DNA of 64,000 nt, from positions 24,681-88,680 of the forward strand of contig NZ_CAKZNK010000046.1 in assembly GCF_937129525.1 (NCBI RefSeq), written 5' to 3'. The position numbers were made by a program, and so were the translations under genes. The stretch's first letter is position 1, and every line of letters begins with the position of its first letter. The notes under the pieces are model-generated. The model ran no database searches and was not told the DNA's origin. It worked only from the letters and a program-made list of their open reading frames with translations. Origin of the DNA: an uncultured Chloroflexus sp. Lineage in GTDB: Bacteria; Chloroflexota; Chloroflexia; Chloroflexales; Chloroflexaceae. Shown here piece by piece: positions 48,135-57,199 of the stretch.

Positions 48135-50915
48135 TTAATACCGAACCCCTGTCAATACCGTTAATGGTATTGGTAACGCCTGAGCAGCTACAATTTGACC
48201 GTTGCGCACTTGAAATTGAGCAATCGGTATGCCGTCTGCTGCCGCCAGAGGTTTCACATACGCGATGTAACGACCATCAACCGCATCGTTTACCTGTTCC
48301 AGCCATTCCGCTTCCGGCTGAAGCAAATCGATGATTGCGTTCACCGATCCACCATTCGCTACAGCTATCGTGCCGCGAACAAGCGAAACCGGTCGTTCGG
48401 TTCCGGCTTCAGCTCCAAGTATTTCAAGGATGATCTGATCGGCGCCGCTTATGCGTCCCGCTATCGAGAGCTGCGCGCCGCTGAGGGCGCTGTCTATGCA
48501 GATCGCCACTCCGGTCGCATGCATCTGATTTGGCGTATCACGCCATAATTGTAGCCGCGCGATACTAAAGATGGCTGGATCGCCATCAATTGTCACCGGC
48601 TGATCCCGCCGGATTGTCATCACCAACCGTTGTCCACCCGCAGAAACCCGATGCAACTCCCCGTTGATCCGAATATCTTGCTCTTCCAAACTGGCAACAT
48701 CAAGCGCAAGTGTGGCCTGTTCCAGCCATTCCGGCAGCGCAAACCGGGCGCGATCAATGACAATACTGTCGCCGAGTATTACTACGGTGAGTGTCGCCGG
48801 ATGGCGCGGATGATATTGACCTGGCTCAGGAACTCCCGGCTCAAACGTTGCTATCAGCGAATTGGCAACTTTATAGATCGCTAACCTGCTGTCTTGCCAG
48901 ATGACAGCAGTCGGATCGGCGCCGAAGGGTAGTGGATCTTCGTTGATGGCCAGCGCCACATAATCAAACACCTGCCCGGCTTGTGGCTCAGCCAGCGCCG
49001 GATAGAAAGAAGGTCGCTGAGGGCCGTAGACGATTCCGCCGGCTTCTTGCCAGCGCCGGGCAAACGACAAAGCTAACATGCCAGGGATGCGACTATTCGC
49101 CGAGAGATACAGCGTCGCGCCAGAAATATTTGATGGCAATGTGAGTACCGGCTTGATGGCGTACACCACTGCTTCCCCAATCTTGGCTTTCCGCTCTAAC
49201 AATACATTCTGATCGGCCCACGCCACCAGCCGTTGAACCTCTGCCGGATCTGAGAAATTGTCCTGATGGATGATTAGAGTATCAATTCCGAGTTTGGCTA
49301 TCAGGCTCAACGTTCCATCATCAGGGAGGCGCTGGAGCTGACGCGCTAGTTCAAGTGAACCGTGGGGAAAGATGCCGCTGTACCCTGTAACCAGTGACCG
49401 CCAGTGATAGATCTGAAAGAATTGTCGCCAGGCGATTTGATCAGACCGCAGTTTGGCATCGACTGGTAATTCCAGCGCGACTCGATGCTGAAGTGAATCG
49501 GTTTGCGCCAACCATTGGTAAACCGGAGGCGGTGATGGAATTGTTATCTGCGGCATAGGCCATACCAGATGTTCGAGCAAAGCTATTGTCGCAATTGCCG
49601 GCCATAGCCAGCGCCAGGCACGCCATCGCTGCCACCATACTGCTGCTCCGATTCCGGCCAGCACTGCCAGCGCCAGACTGCCCATCATCCACCAGCGCGC
49701 CGGCACACGGAGCGAATTGAAACCCGGCACGTGTTCATATAACCATACATACGGCAAAGGGGACGCGATCAATTCACCATCGAAAGCAAGCCGTAACCCA
49801 ACCCCCAGTGAAAACACGAAACCGGTAGCTACCATAGCGCCGAAAACTAGCGCCGTCCGCCACATGCGTTGTCGGATCAACCAGTGCGCTCCGACAAGCG
49901 CAATGACAGCCGCAATCAGACCGGGAAAGAGCTTTAACTCACCACTTCCGCCGGAGGCGACGACTAGTTCACCGGATATCCGATGCCAGAGATTATCAAC
50001 CGGCACAGCCCGATATGCTTCGAGCGGCGCTGACCATTTGTCAAGTTCAATGATCGAGCGGATAACGCCAATGTACCGATACACATGCATGTAAGGCCAC
50101 AGCAACGGCAGAGTAATGGTTGCCGCCAGCCCACCCGCCAGCGCCAGGCCAGCCAGATACCGCCTTAGCTCTCGCCATCCTGCCACTGACCGAATCCGCT
50201 TCGGCCACAACCAGATCACCGCCGCAAGCCCCAATGCCAACGCCGCCATTGGCGCGTAATAGATTGCGGTAATCGCTTGTAATCCGGCAAACAAACCGGT
50301 TAGTAACGCCGCGCGCCAAAATGCCCCACCTGACCGCGCGCTCATCTGACGCAACCAGAACAATGCCAGTGGCAGCCATGCCATTTGCAACATTTGTAAA
50401 TGGCCGATATGTGCCATCCGGTAAGTGCTAAACGCAAACAACGAACCTGCCAGCAATGCGCCCAGCGTAGCCGCCGACTTGCCAGTGTCCTCAATCAGAA
50501 GATTGCGAGTAAGCAAAAAAACTGACCATCCGGAGAGCGCGAAACTGAGCATCACCAGCAGGTTATACGCTAACACCACCTGCCCGCAGGCGAGGATCGG
50601 TAACATCAATAGAGCCAGTGGCAGGTGATGATCACTGTAAGCTAGCGTGGTGGCATATGGAAAAAAGATTGGCGCATCCCATACGCGGGTTGGATGATTG
50701 AGCAGCGCATGAGCATCCCACGCCAATGTCCACATCTGAAACAGCGGATCGACACCATGACCTGGCACGACCGTCGTAAGATTGAAGACCAGTGGCCATG
50801 TCCAGAAAACGGTCAGCGCAAAAAACCAGAACAATGGCCAACCGACCAGCCACCACCTTTGCATCGTCTGGCGTAGATTGATACGCATAGAGTGCTCTTC
50901 CGGCTCATCAGTCAT
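48135..50915 (-). CDS. Large polytopic membrane protein of unknown function, host-GC paralog
   Basis: 926-aa uninterrupted ORF, collinear with 43974..46691. Internal starts (for example MRINLRQ at 50888) are possible. Confidence 0.8.
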   Translation of the reverse strand: MTDEPEEHSMRINLRQTMQRWWLVGWPLFWFFALTVFWTWPLVFNLTTVVPGHGVDPLFQMWTLAWDAHALLNHPTRVWDAPIFFPYATTLAYSDHHLPLALLMLPILACGQVVLAYNLLVMLSFALSGWSVFLLTRNLLIEDTGKSAATLGALLAGSLFAFSTYRMAHIGHLQMLQMAWLPLALFWLRQMSARSGGAFWRAALLTGLFAGLQAITAIYYAPMAALALGLAAVIWLWPKRIRSVAGWRELRRYLAGLALAGGLAATITLPLLWPYMHVYRYIGVIRSIIELDKWSAPLEAYRAVPVDNLWHRISGELVVASGGSGELKLFPGLIAAVIALVGAHWLIRQRMWRTALVFGAMVATGFVFSLGVGLRLAFDGELIASPLPYVWLYEHVPGFNSLRVPARWWMMGSLALAVLAGIGAAVWWQRWRAWRWLWPAIATIALLEHLVWPMPQITIPSPPPVYQWLAQTDSLQHRVALELPVDAKLRSDQIAWRQFFQIYHWRSLVTGYSGIFPHGSLELARQLQRLPDDGTLSLIAKLGIDTLIIHQDNFSDPAEVQRLVAWADQNVLLERKAKIGEAVVYAIKPVLTLPSNISGATLYLSANSRIPGMLALSFARRWQEAGGIVYGPQRPSFYPALAEPQAGQVFDYVALAINEDPLPFGADPTAVIWQDSRLAIYKVANSLIATFEPGVPEPGQYHPRHPATLTVVILGDSIVIDRARFALPEWLEQATLALDVASLEEQDIRINGELHRVSAGGQRLVMTIRRDQPVTIDGDPAIFSIARLQLWRDTPNQMHATGVAICIDSALSGAQLSIAGRISGADQIILEILGAEAGTERPVSLVRGTIAVANGGSVNAIIDLLQPEAEWLEQVNDAVDGRYIAYVKPLAAADGIPIAQFQVRNGQIVAAQALPIPLTVLTGVRY

Positions 50916-51297
50916 ATTGGTGCTGCGCTATATCCGCGCCATCATATCACGCGCTTGCGCACTGGCAAGATGCGCCAGATATCAGCAATACCATTGGAGC
51001 ACACATCCCGCATGTCTGGCGGGCATTGTCGCGCAACTGTATGTTCCGTGGCAACAAACGAGATCCAGCGCCAGAATGACCAGCGAATAATTGCGATCTA
51101 TCCACTTCGTAAATACAGCGACAATACACAGTTGCCAAAGCGCGACACTATTTTACCGCTCGCAACTATTGCGCATGCTATACTGAGACTCGCCAATATC
51201 CAGTCGATCCATCGCTCAACGCACTGTTAGCAACGTTGCCCGCGCGACTTATCTGACGCGAGCGAGCGCGATCATTCGTTCACATGGAGGAACGCCA

Positions 51298-52881
51298 ATG
51301 ACTCAGCGCGACACTGAATCAAATGCCGCTGCGCCACTCACTCTTCGCGCCCGCATTGAACTCTTACGGCAACGCCGTCGCCATCTTGAACAGGGTGGCG
51401 GCCCTGAGCGGATTGCCCGCCAGCATCAATCCGGCAAACTCACTGCCCGCGAACGGGTTCATCTACTGATAGATCACGACACCTTTCAGGAGCTGTACCT
51501 CTTTTCGCGCCATCGTTGCACTGCCTTTGGCATGGCCGACAAAGAGATGCCCGGCGAGGGAGTGATTACCGGTTGCGGGAGTGTCGATGGTCGTCAGGTG
51601 TTTGTAGCAGCGCAGGATTTTACCGTTGCCGGCGGTTCAGTTGGTGAGATGCATGCCGATAAGATCTGTCAGACGATGGATCTTGCGCTCAAATGTGGTT
51701 CGCCATTCATTACGATCAATGACAGTGGCGGCGCCCGCATTCAAGAGGGTATTGATGCGCTGAGCGGGTATGGCCGCATCTTTTATCGCAACGTCCTCCT
51801 CTCTGGGGTTGTGCCACAAATTGCGATCATCGCCGGGCCTTGCGCTGGCGGCGCCGCTTATTCGCCCGCGCTCATGGATTTTATCATTATGGTGCGCGGG
51901 AGTGAGATGTTCATTACCGGCCCGGAAGTGCTCAAACAGGTAACTGGTGAGCATGTAACCGGCGAAGAACTCGGCGGTCCCGAAGCGCAAGTGCGGAGTG
52001 GCGTCGCCCACTTTATTGCCGACAATGACCAGGAGGCAATTGCCCTGTGCAAGCGCTTGCTTGGCTTTTTGCCGTCAAACAATCTCGAAGATCCTCCTGA
52101 CCGCAGCGATGGTGAATTGCGCTTTTTCACCGATCCTGCGCTCGATACAGTTATCCCCGATGATCCCCGCGAACCTTACGATGTCATCCCGATTATCAAG
52201 CGACTGGTAGACGATGGTGACCTGCTTGAAGTGCAGCGCGGGTTTGCCGATAACGCGGTGATTGGCTTCGCCCGCATCGATGGCAATACGGTTGGCATTG
52301 TTGCCAATCAGCCGATGGTGATGGCCGGCGTCCTCGATATTGACGCCTCAGACAAAATTGCGCGCTTTGTTCGTTTCTGCAACGCCTTCAATATTCCGAT
52401 CATCACCTTCGTTGATGTGCCCGGCTTCTTGCCCGGTGTCGCTCAGGAGCGTGGTGGAATCATTCGGCACGGCGCCAAAATGCTGTTCGCATATTCGGCG
52501 GCGACGGTTCCCAAGATCACGATCATCTTGCGCAAAGCCTATGGCGGCGCATACCTGGCAATGTGCGGCAAAGACCTCGGCGCCGACCGCGTGGCGGCCT
52601 GGCCGAGTAGTGAGATTGCCGTGATGGGACCGGAAGGCGCGGTTAACATCATCTTCCGCGACCAGATTAAACAGGCGGAAGACCCGGCTGCCGCCCGCGC
52701 CGAGTTCCTGCGCCTCTATCGGGCTGAATTCGCCACTCCTTATGTTGGCGCCGCGCGCAATCTGATCGATAGCATCATTGCTCCCAGTGAAACGCGCCGT
52801 TATCTCAGTCTGGCGCTGGCGTCATTGCGCACCAAACGCGAATTTCGCCCACAGAAAAAGCACGGCCTGGTGCCTCTGTAA
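51298..52881 (+). CDS. Acyl-CoA carboxyltransferase subunit (methylmalonyl-CoA decarboxylase alpha / PccB-like)
   Basis: 527-aa ORF with a two-domain carboxyltransferase sequence (DFTVAGGSVGEMHADK, GGAYLAMCGK). GGAGG precedes the ATG. Confidence 0.9.
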   Translation: MTQRDTESNAAAPLTLRARIELLRQRRRHLEQGGGPERIARQHQSGKLTARERVHLLIDHDTFQELYLFSRHRCTAFGMADKEMPGEGVITGCGSVDGRQVFVAAQDFTVAGGSVGEMHADKICQTMDLALKCGSPFITINDSGGARIQEGIDALSGYGRIFYRNVLLSGVVPQIAIIAGPCAGGAAYSPALMDFIIMVRGSEMFITGPEVLKQVTGEHVTGEELGGPEAQVRSGVAHFIADNDQEAIALCKRLLGFLPSNNLEDPPDRSDGELRFFTDPALDTVIPDDPREPYDVIPIIKRLVDDGDLLEVQRGFADNAVIGFARIDGNTVGIVANQPMVMAGVLDIDASDKIARFVRFCNAFNIPIITFVDVPGFLPGVAQERGGIIRHGAKMLFAYSAATVPKITIILRKAYGGAYLAMCGKDLGADRVAAWPSSEIAVMGPEGAVNIIFRDQIKQAEDPAAARAEFLRLYRAEFATPYVGAARNLIDSIIAPSETRRYLSLALASLRTKREFRPQKKHGLVPL

Positions 52882-52916
52882 AAACTATTCATGTCGGTAA
52901 AACCGAAGGAGGCTGC

Positions 52917-53276
52917 ATGATCGACCCTACCGCCGATCCGTTGATCGTTGCGCTGCAAATCACGATTACCGGCTTAAGCATTGTTTTCATCGTGCTGGCG
53001 ATTGTTGCGCTAATGCTGAGCGCATTGAGCGTCAGCCAGCGACTGTTGCAACCCAAAGAGGCTGCGCTGGACCAGCCTGTCTCGCCACCAGCATCGCAAC
53101 CGGTGGCCGCCGATCAGCTCGATCCTCACCTGATCGCCATTTTGACGGCTGCCGCCGTAGCGGCGCTTGACCGTCCGGTGCGCGTGCTGCGAGTGCGTTA
53201 CTATCGTCAACCACCCCTGGTATGGGCGCGCCTTGGCCGCGTTAGCGTCATGGCGGCGCGTCAGTTACGTCGCTGA
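52917..53276 (+). CDS. OadG-like small membrane subunit of Na+-pump decarboxylases
   Basis: 119-aa ORF with a single N-terminal TM span (LQITITGLSIVFIVLAIVALML) followed by a hydrophilic tail. It is positioned between the carboxyltransferase and biotin carrier genes. Confidence 0.55.
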   Translation: MIDPTADPLIVALQITITGLSIVFIVLAIVALMLSALSVSQRLLQPKEAALDQPVSPPASQPVAADQLDPHLIAILTAAAVAALDRPVRVLRVRYYRQPPLVWARLGRVSVMAARQLRR

Positions 53277-53348
53277 TATGCCTCGCGCTGATAGCCACAG
53301 GATAATGTCTGAACGTTGTCGGTAAAGACTACAGCGAGTGGAGACAGT

Positions 53349-53747
53349 ATGAAACGCTTACGGATTACCGTGAACGGCGTGAGCTACGAAGTCGAGGTGG
53401 AGGTGCTGGCAGATGATGACGAGGCGGCATTGCATGCGCCTACCAGCTTCAATGCATTGCCGCCACCCGCCAAATCTGACCATCCGCCACCGATGCCTTC
53501 ATCAGCCGCCACCCCTAACGCCAGCGCAACCGGCCCAGGAGTGCTGGTCTCACCTATCGCCGGCATCGTTGCCGAGATTAAGGTGAATGTTGGCGATCAG
53601 GTAAAAGAAAATGATCCTTTGGTCGTTATTGAAGCGATGAAGATGAACTCGAATGTGAGTTCGCCAGTCGCCGGCACTATTCGCGCTATCAATGTGAAAG
53701 TTGGCGACTCAGTGCGGCAAGGTCAACCATTGCTGGAGTTTGCCTGA
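53349..53747 (+). CDS. Biotin carboxyl carrier subunit
   Basis: The ATG at 53349 is preceded by GGAG. It has an Ala/Pro-rich linker and a biotinyl domain with EAMKMN. Confidence 0.85.
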   Translation: MKRLRITVNGVSYEVEVEVLADDDEAALHAPTSFNALPPPAKSDHPPPMPSSAATPNASATGPGVLVSPIAGIVAEIKVNVGDQVKENDPLVVIEAMKMNSNVSSPVAGTIRAINVKVGDSVRQGQPLLEFA

Positions 53748-54916
53748 TGGAATGGCTGATCGGCTTCTTTGAGGCAAGCGGGTTGGCTCATTTGGCCTGG
53801 GGCAACCTGCTGATGATCATCGTCGGGTCTGTGTTTATCTACCTGGCGATTGCCCGCAACTTCGAGCCGTTGTTGCTGGTGCCGATAGGTTTTGGTATCA
53901 TTCTCGGCAATATGCCGTTTGAGCCGGGAATGGGGCAGGGTGTGTACGATCAGGGGAGCGTCCTCAACTACATCTACTTCGGTGTGATCGCCGGTGTGTT
54001 CCCACCCCTGATCTTTCTCGGCATCGGCGCAATGACCGACTTTTCGGCGTTGATTGCGCAACCACGCCTGATCTTGCTTGGCGCTGCCGCTCAGCTCGGC
54101 ATCTTTTTTACCCTGATTATGGCAGTCCTGCTGGGTTCGCGCTTACCATTCCTCGATCTGGCCAGCGCCGACGATCCCATGCGTCTGCTGCGCGCCGCTG
54201 CTACGATCGGGATTATCGGCGGCGCCGATGGTCCGACGACCATCTTCATTGCTTCGCGGCTGGCCCCCGATCTCCTTGGCGCGGTTGCGGTGTCGGCCTA
54301 TTCGTATATGGCACTGGTTCCGGTTATTCAGCCGCCGATTATGCGCCTGCTCACAACCCGCGAAGAACGCCTGATCCGCATGCCGCCACCGGCAGAAATC
54401 AGCCGCGCGCAACGCATTCTTTTCCCCATTATCGGCCTGATCGTCTGCGTGTTGATTGTGCCCGATACGCTTCCCCTCCTCGGCATGCTCTTCTTCGGCA
54501 ACCTGCTCAAAGAAAGCGGAGTCACCGAGCGCTTGGCCCGCACTGCGCGCAGCGCCCTTATCGATAGCGTCACTATTATGCTGGGATTGACCGTCGGCGC
54601 CAGCACACAGGCCAGTAACTTTCTCACGCCACGCTCAATCGCGATCTTCGCTCTCGGCGCATGCGCATTTGCTATTTCAACCGCGGGTGGCGTATTATTC
54701 GCTAAATTCTATAATCTCTTCACAAAGAACAAGATCAATCCACTCATTGGCGCCGCCGGAGTCTCGGCAGTGCCGATGTCTGCTCGCGTTGCCCATTCAG
54801 TAGCTCAGGAGGAAGATCGGCAAAATTTCTTGATCTGGCAGGCAATGTGCCCAAATGTCGCTGGCGTGATTGGTTCGGCAGTTGCTGCCGGCGTATTGCT
54901 GGTCATTTTACGCTGA
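53747..54916 (+). CDS. Na+-translocating decarboxylase beta subunit (OadB/MmdB/GcdB family)
   Basis: 389-aa polytopic protein with an OadB-like sequence (FEPLLLVPIGFG, IGAMTDF, IIGGADGPT). Its start shows a 1-nt overlap (TGATG) with the carrier gene. Confidence 0.9.
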   Translation: MEWLIGFFEASGLAHLAWGNLLMIIVGSVFIYLAIARNFEPLLLVPIGFGIILGNMPFEPGMGQGVYDQGSVLNYIYFGVIAGVFPPLIFLGIGAMTDFSALIAQPRLILLGAAAQLGIFFTLIMAVLLGSRLPFLDLASADDPMRLLRAAATIGIIGGADGPTTIFIASRLAPDLLGAVAVSAYSYMALVPVIQPPIMRLLTTREERLIRMPPPAEISRAQRILFPIIGLIVCVLIVPDTLPLLGMLFFGNLLKESGVTERLARTARSALIDSVTIMLGLTVGASTQASNFLTPRSIAIFALGACAFAISTAGGVLFAKFYNLFTKNKINPLIGAAGVSAVPMSARVAHSVAQEEDRQNFLIWQAMCPNVAGVIGSAVAAGVLLVILR

Positions 54917-55808
54917 CCGGCGCCAGCAGGCGACGGGCAAGTTGTGGCCATTCGGGCAAGAGTCGCAATGCCGTGCAGAGCATAACCATATCAACACTGC
55001 CTTCTTGTATAACGGCATCGGCGAGCCATGGATCACTGAGCTGACCCGAACCGATAACAATCGCTTCACTGACAATTCGGCGCACGCCGGCTATGAGCGG
55101 AATTGTCCAACCGGGAAAGCGAGCCACATCGGGGGTATACCGATTCAAAGTCACATCGAGCAGTTGGACGCCGGCAGCCACTGCTCGTCGGGCAATCAAG
55201 CGCGCATCTTGATGGCTGAGGCCACCGGGAATCAGTTCGGCGACCGGCATACGGAGGCCAATCCAGAGCTGGCGGCCGAACTGCTGACGCAACTGTTCCA
55301 GCATGAGCAAGATGGGCTGAATGCGTTCGCTTGTTGGCCCATGCGCGCCATTGCTTGACCATCGCGTCGGTGACACCAGACCTGCCAGCGCGCCATCATC
55401 GGCAATCGAGAGAAAGATACCATCTGCGCCAGCGGCCAGCGCGCGCCAGGCAGCAAGGCGATACTGTTCGCTGAGCTGCGCAATCGGGTACTGGCCGGCT
55501 GGCGCTTCAAGCAGAAAGGCGATCCGACTGCCAAAGGCATGCGCTGCGGCTGTCAATCGACGCAACCCCGACGTAAAGCAATCGTGCCAGATTCCCAGAT
55601 GGGGAATCGCCGTTGATGGCTGGCAAACGAGCAGTGGTTCGGTAATAATGAAGCCTACACCTGCCTGCGCTCGTCGCTCATAATAACTGGTCAGCGCGGC
55701 ATGGCAGAAACCGTCTTCGCCAGCCAATCCACTCGGCGCCGGCGCCATCACAATCCGATTGATCAAATACCGGCCTCCGACCTGAAGCGGCGTGAAGAGA
55801 TCAGCCAT
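54903..55808 (-). CDS. Degenerate Old Yellow Enzyme-family (NADH:flavin oxidoreductase-like) protein
   Basis: The N-terminus LFTPLQVGGRYLINRIVMAPAP is OYE-like. The expected H-x-x-H substrate-binding pair aligns to SIAD by my manual alignment. I chose the ATG at 55808. The 3' end overlaps the beta-subunit gene by 14 nt (convergent). Confidence 0.65.
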   Translation of the reverse strand: MADLFTPLQVGGRYLINRIVMAPAPSGLAGEDGFCHAALTSYYERRAQAGVGFIITEPLLVCQPSTAIPHLGIWHDCFTSGLRRLTAAAHAFGSRIAFLLEAPAGQYPIAQLSEQYRLAAWRALAAGADGIFLSIADDGALAGLVSPTRWSSNGAHGPTSERIQPILLMLEQLRQQFGRQLWIGLRMPVAELIPGGLSHQDARLIARRAVAAGVQLLDVTLNRYTPDVARFPGWTIPLIAGVRRIVSEAIVIGSGQLSDPWLADAVIQEGSVDMVMLCTALRLLPEWPQLARRLLAPVSVK

Positions 55809-55954
55809 ACCACACTCACTCGTATAGTATCTTCGCTGTAAGTATAGCCAGAGAGTTCGATCTTCGGCAAGAGATAGAGGCAATAGCTTGACCTGATCTG
55901 ATATGATGATAAAAAATGCCTGTCACCACCTGCCTGCGAAAATCCTGGTAGTCT

Positions 55955-57085
55955 ATGTCGATTGTTTACTGCAGGAATTCGGCGCGTCAAAGACTCATCC
56001 TGACCGCACTTTTCACGCTCTGGTTGGGCAGCCTGGGTCTGATCTGGATCGTTACTGCCGCTGCCGCGCAGCCAGTCACCAGTCTTCATCGCCTCCCCAT
56101 GGCGCGCGTGGTCTACTTTCCTACCACCGGTCATCACCTGTCTAACCGGGTTGGCTTCCTCGACTTTTGGCGCGCCAACGGCCAGCTCCACACCTTCGGC
56201 ATGCCGATCAGCGAAGAACTGGTCATCGACGGTCGTATCGTTCAGTATTTCGAGCGGGCTCGCTTCGAATACCATCCTGAATACGCCGGCAAGCCGCAAC
56301 AAGTGCAGCTTGGTCTGATCGGACGGGAATGGCTTGAACGATCAGGTTTACTGAAGCCGGCTGTTGCGGCAAACAACAGCGGCGCCTTCTTCCCCGAAAC
56401 AGGATATACGCTTGACGGAGAGTTTCTAGAGTTCTGGGAGCGACGAGGCGGTTTGCCGATTTTCGGTTTTCCCATTAGTGCTGAGACTCAAGAAGACGGG
56501 ACAATCGTACAATACTTCGAACGCGCGCGCTTCCGTTACCATCCCGAAGCGCTCTCGCCATTCTTGCGCCGGCAACAGTCTATCTACGGCTTTGATCTCG
56601 ATGCGCTTCACGAAGTGCAGATCGATGACCTTGGTCACCAGCTCGCCCATCTGCTTGGCATTAACACCAGGCCGGTTGCCCGCCTGCCCGGCGCAGTCGA
56701 TTGGAGTCCGGCGTTATGGTCGCGCCGGATCGAAGTCGATCTGAGTCGTCAATATCTCTTTGCCTACGAAGACGATTTGCTTGTCTTTACTGCGCCGGTC
56801 GCAACCGGTCGAGATGGATTTAATACACCGCGCGGCGAGTTTACGATCTACTATCGACTTCCCGAACAGACAATGGCCGATTGTCTGGGAGGCGAATGCT
56901 GGTACGTCCCGAACATTCCCTGGGTACAATATGTGGTTGGCGGCGTGGCGCTGCACGGCACCTACTGGCACAATGCCCACGGCACCGGCGCGCGGATGTC
57001 GCATGGCTGCATTAATCTGCGGATCGATGACGCCCAATGGCTCTACGAATGGGCCGATCTCGGCGTGGCGGTCACAGTGTATTGA
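55955..57085 (+). CDS. L,D-transpeptidase (YkuD domain) with N-terminal repeat modules
   Basis: A signal/anchor sequence, two modules ending in QYFERARF[ER]YHPE, and the YkuD catalytic motif SHGCINLR. Confidence 0.85.
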   Translation: MSIVYCRNSARQRLILTALFTLWLGSLGLIWIVTAAAAQPVTSLHRLPMARVVYFPTTGHHLSNRVGFLDFWRANGQLHTFGMPISEELVIDGRIVQYFERARFEYHPEYAGKPQQVQLGLIGREWLERSGLLKPAVAANNSGAFFPETGYTLDGEFLEFWERRGGLPIFGFPISAETQEDGTIVQYFERARFRYHPEALSPFLRRQQSIYGFDLDALHEVQIDDLGHQLAHLLGINTRPVARLPGAVDWSPALWSRRIEVDLSRQYLFAYEDDLLVFTAPVATGRDGFNTPRGEFTIYYRLPEQTMADCLGGECWYVPNIPWVQYVVGGVALHGTYWHNAHGTGARMSHGCINLRIDDAQWLYEWADLGVAVTVY

Positions 57086-57199
57086 CACATAGGGTTACCA
57101 TCCAACCAGCACTGCCCGCCAACATCATCGTCGCTTACAATCGCAACATGCTATAATGGCGTCAATACTCGCGCTCTTTCAACTCCAACGGATGCCGCT

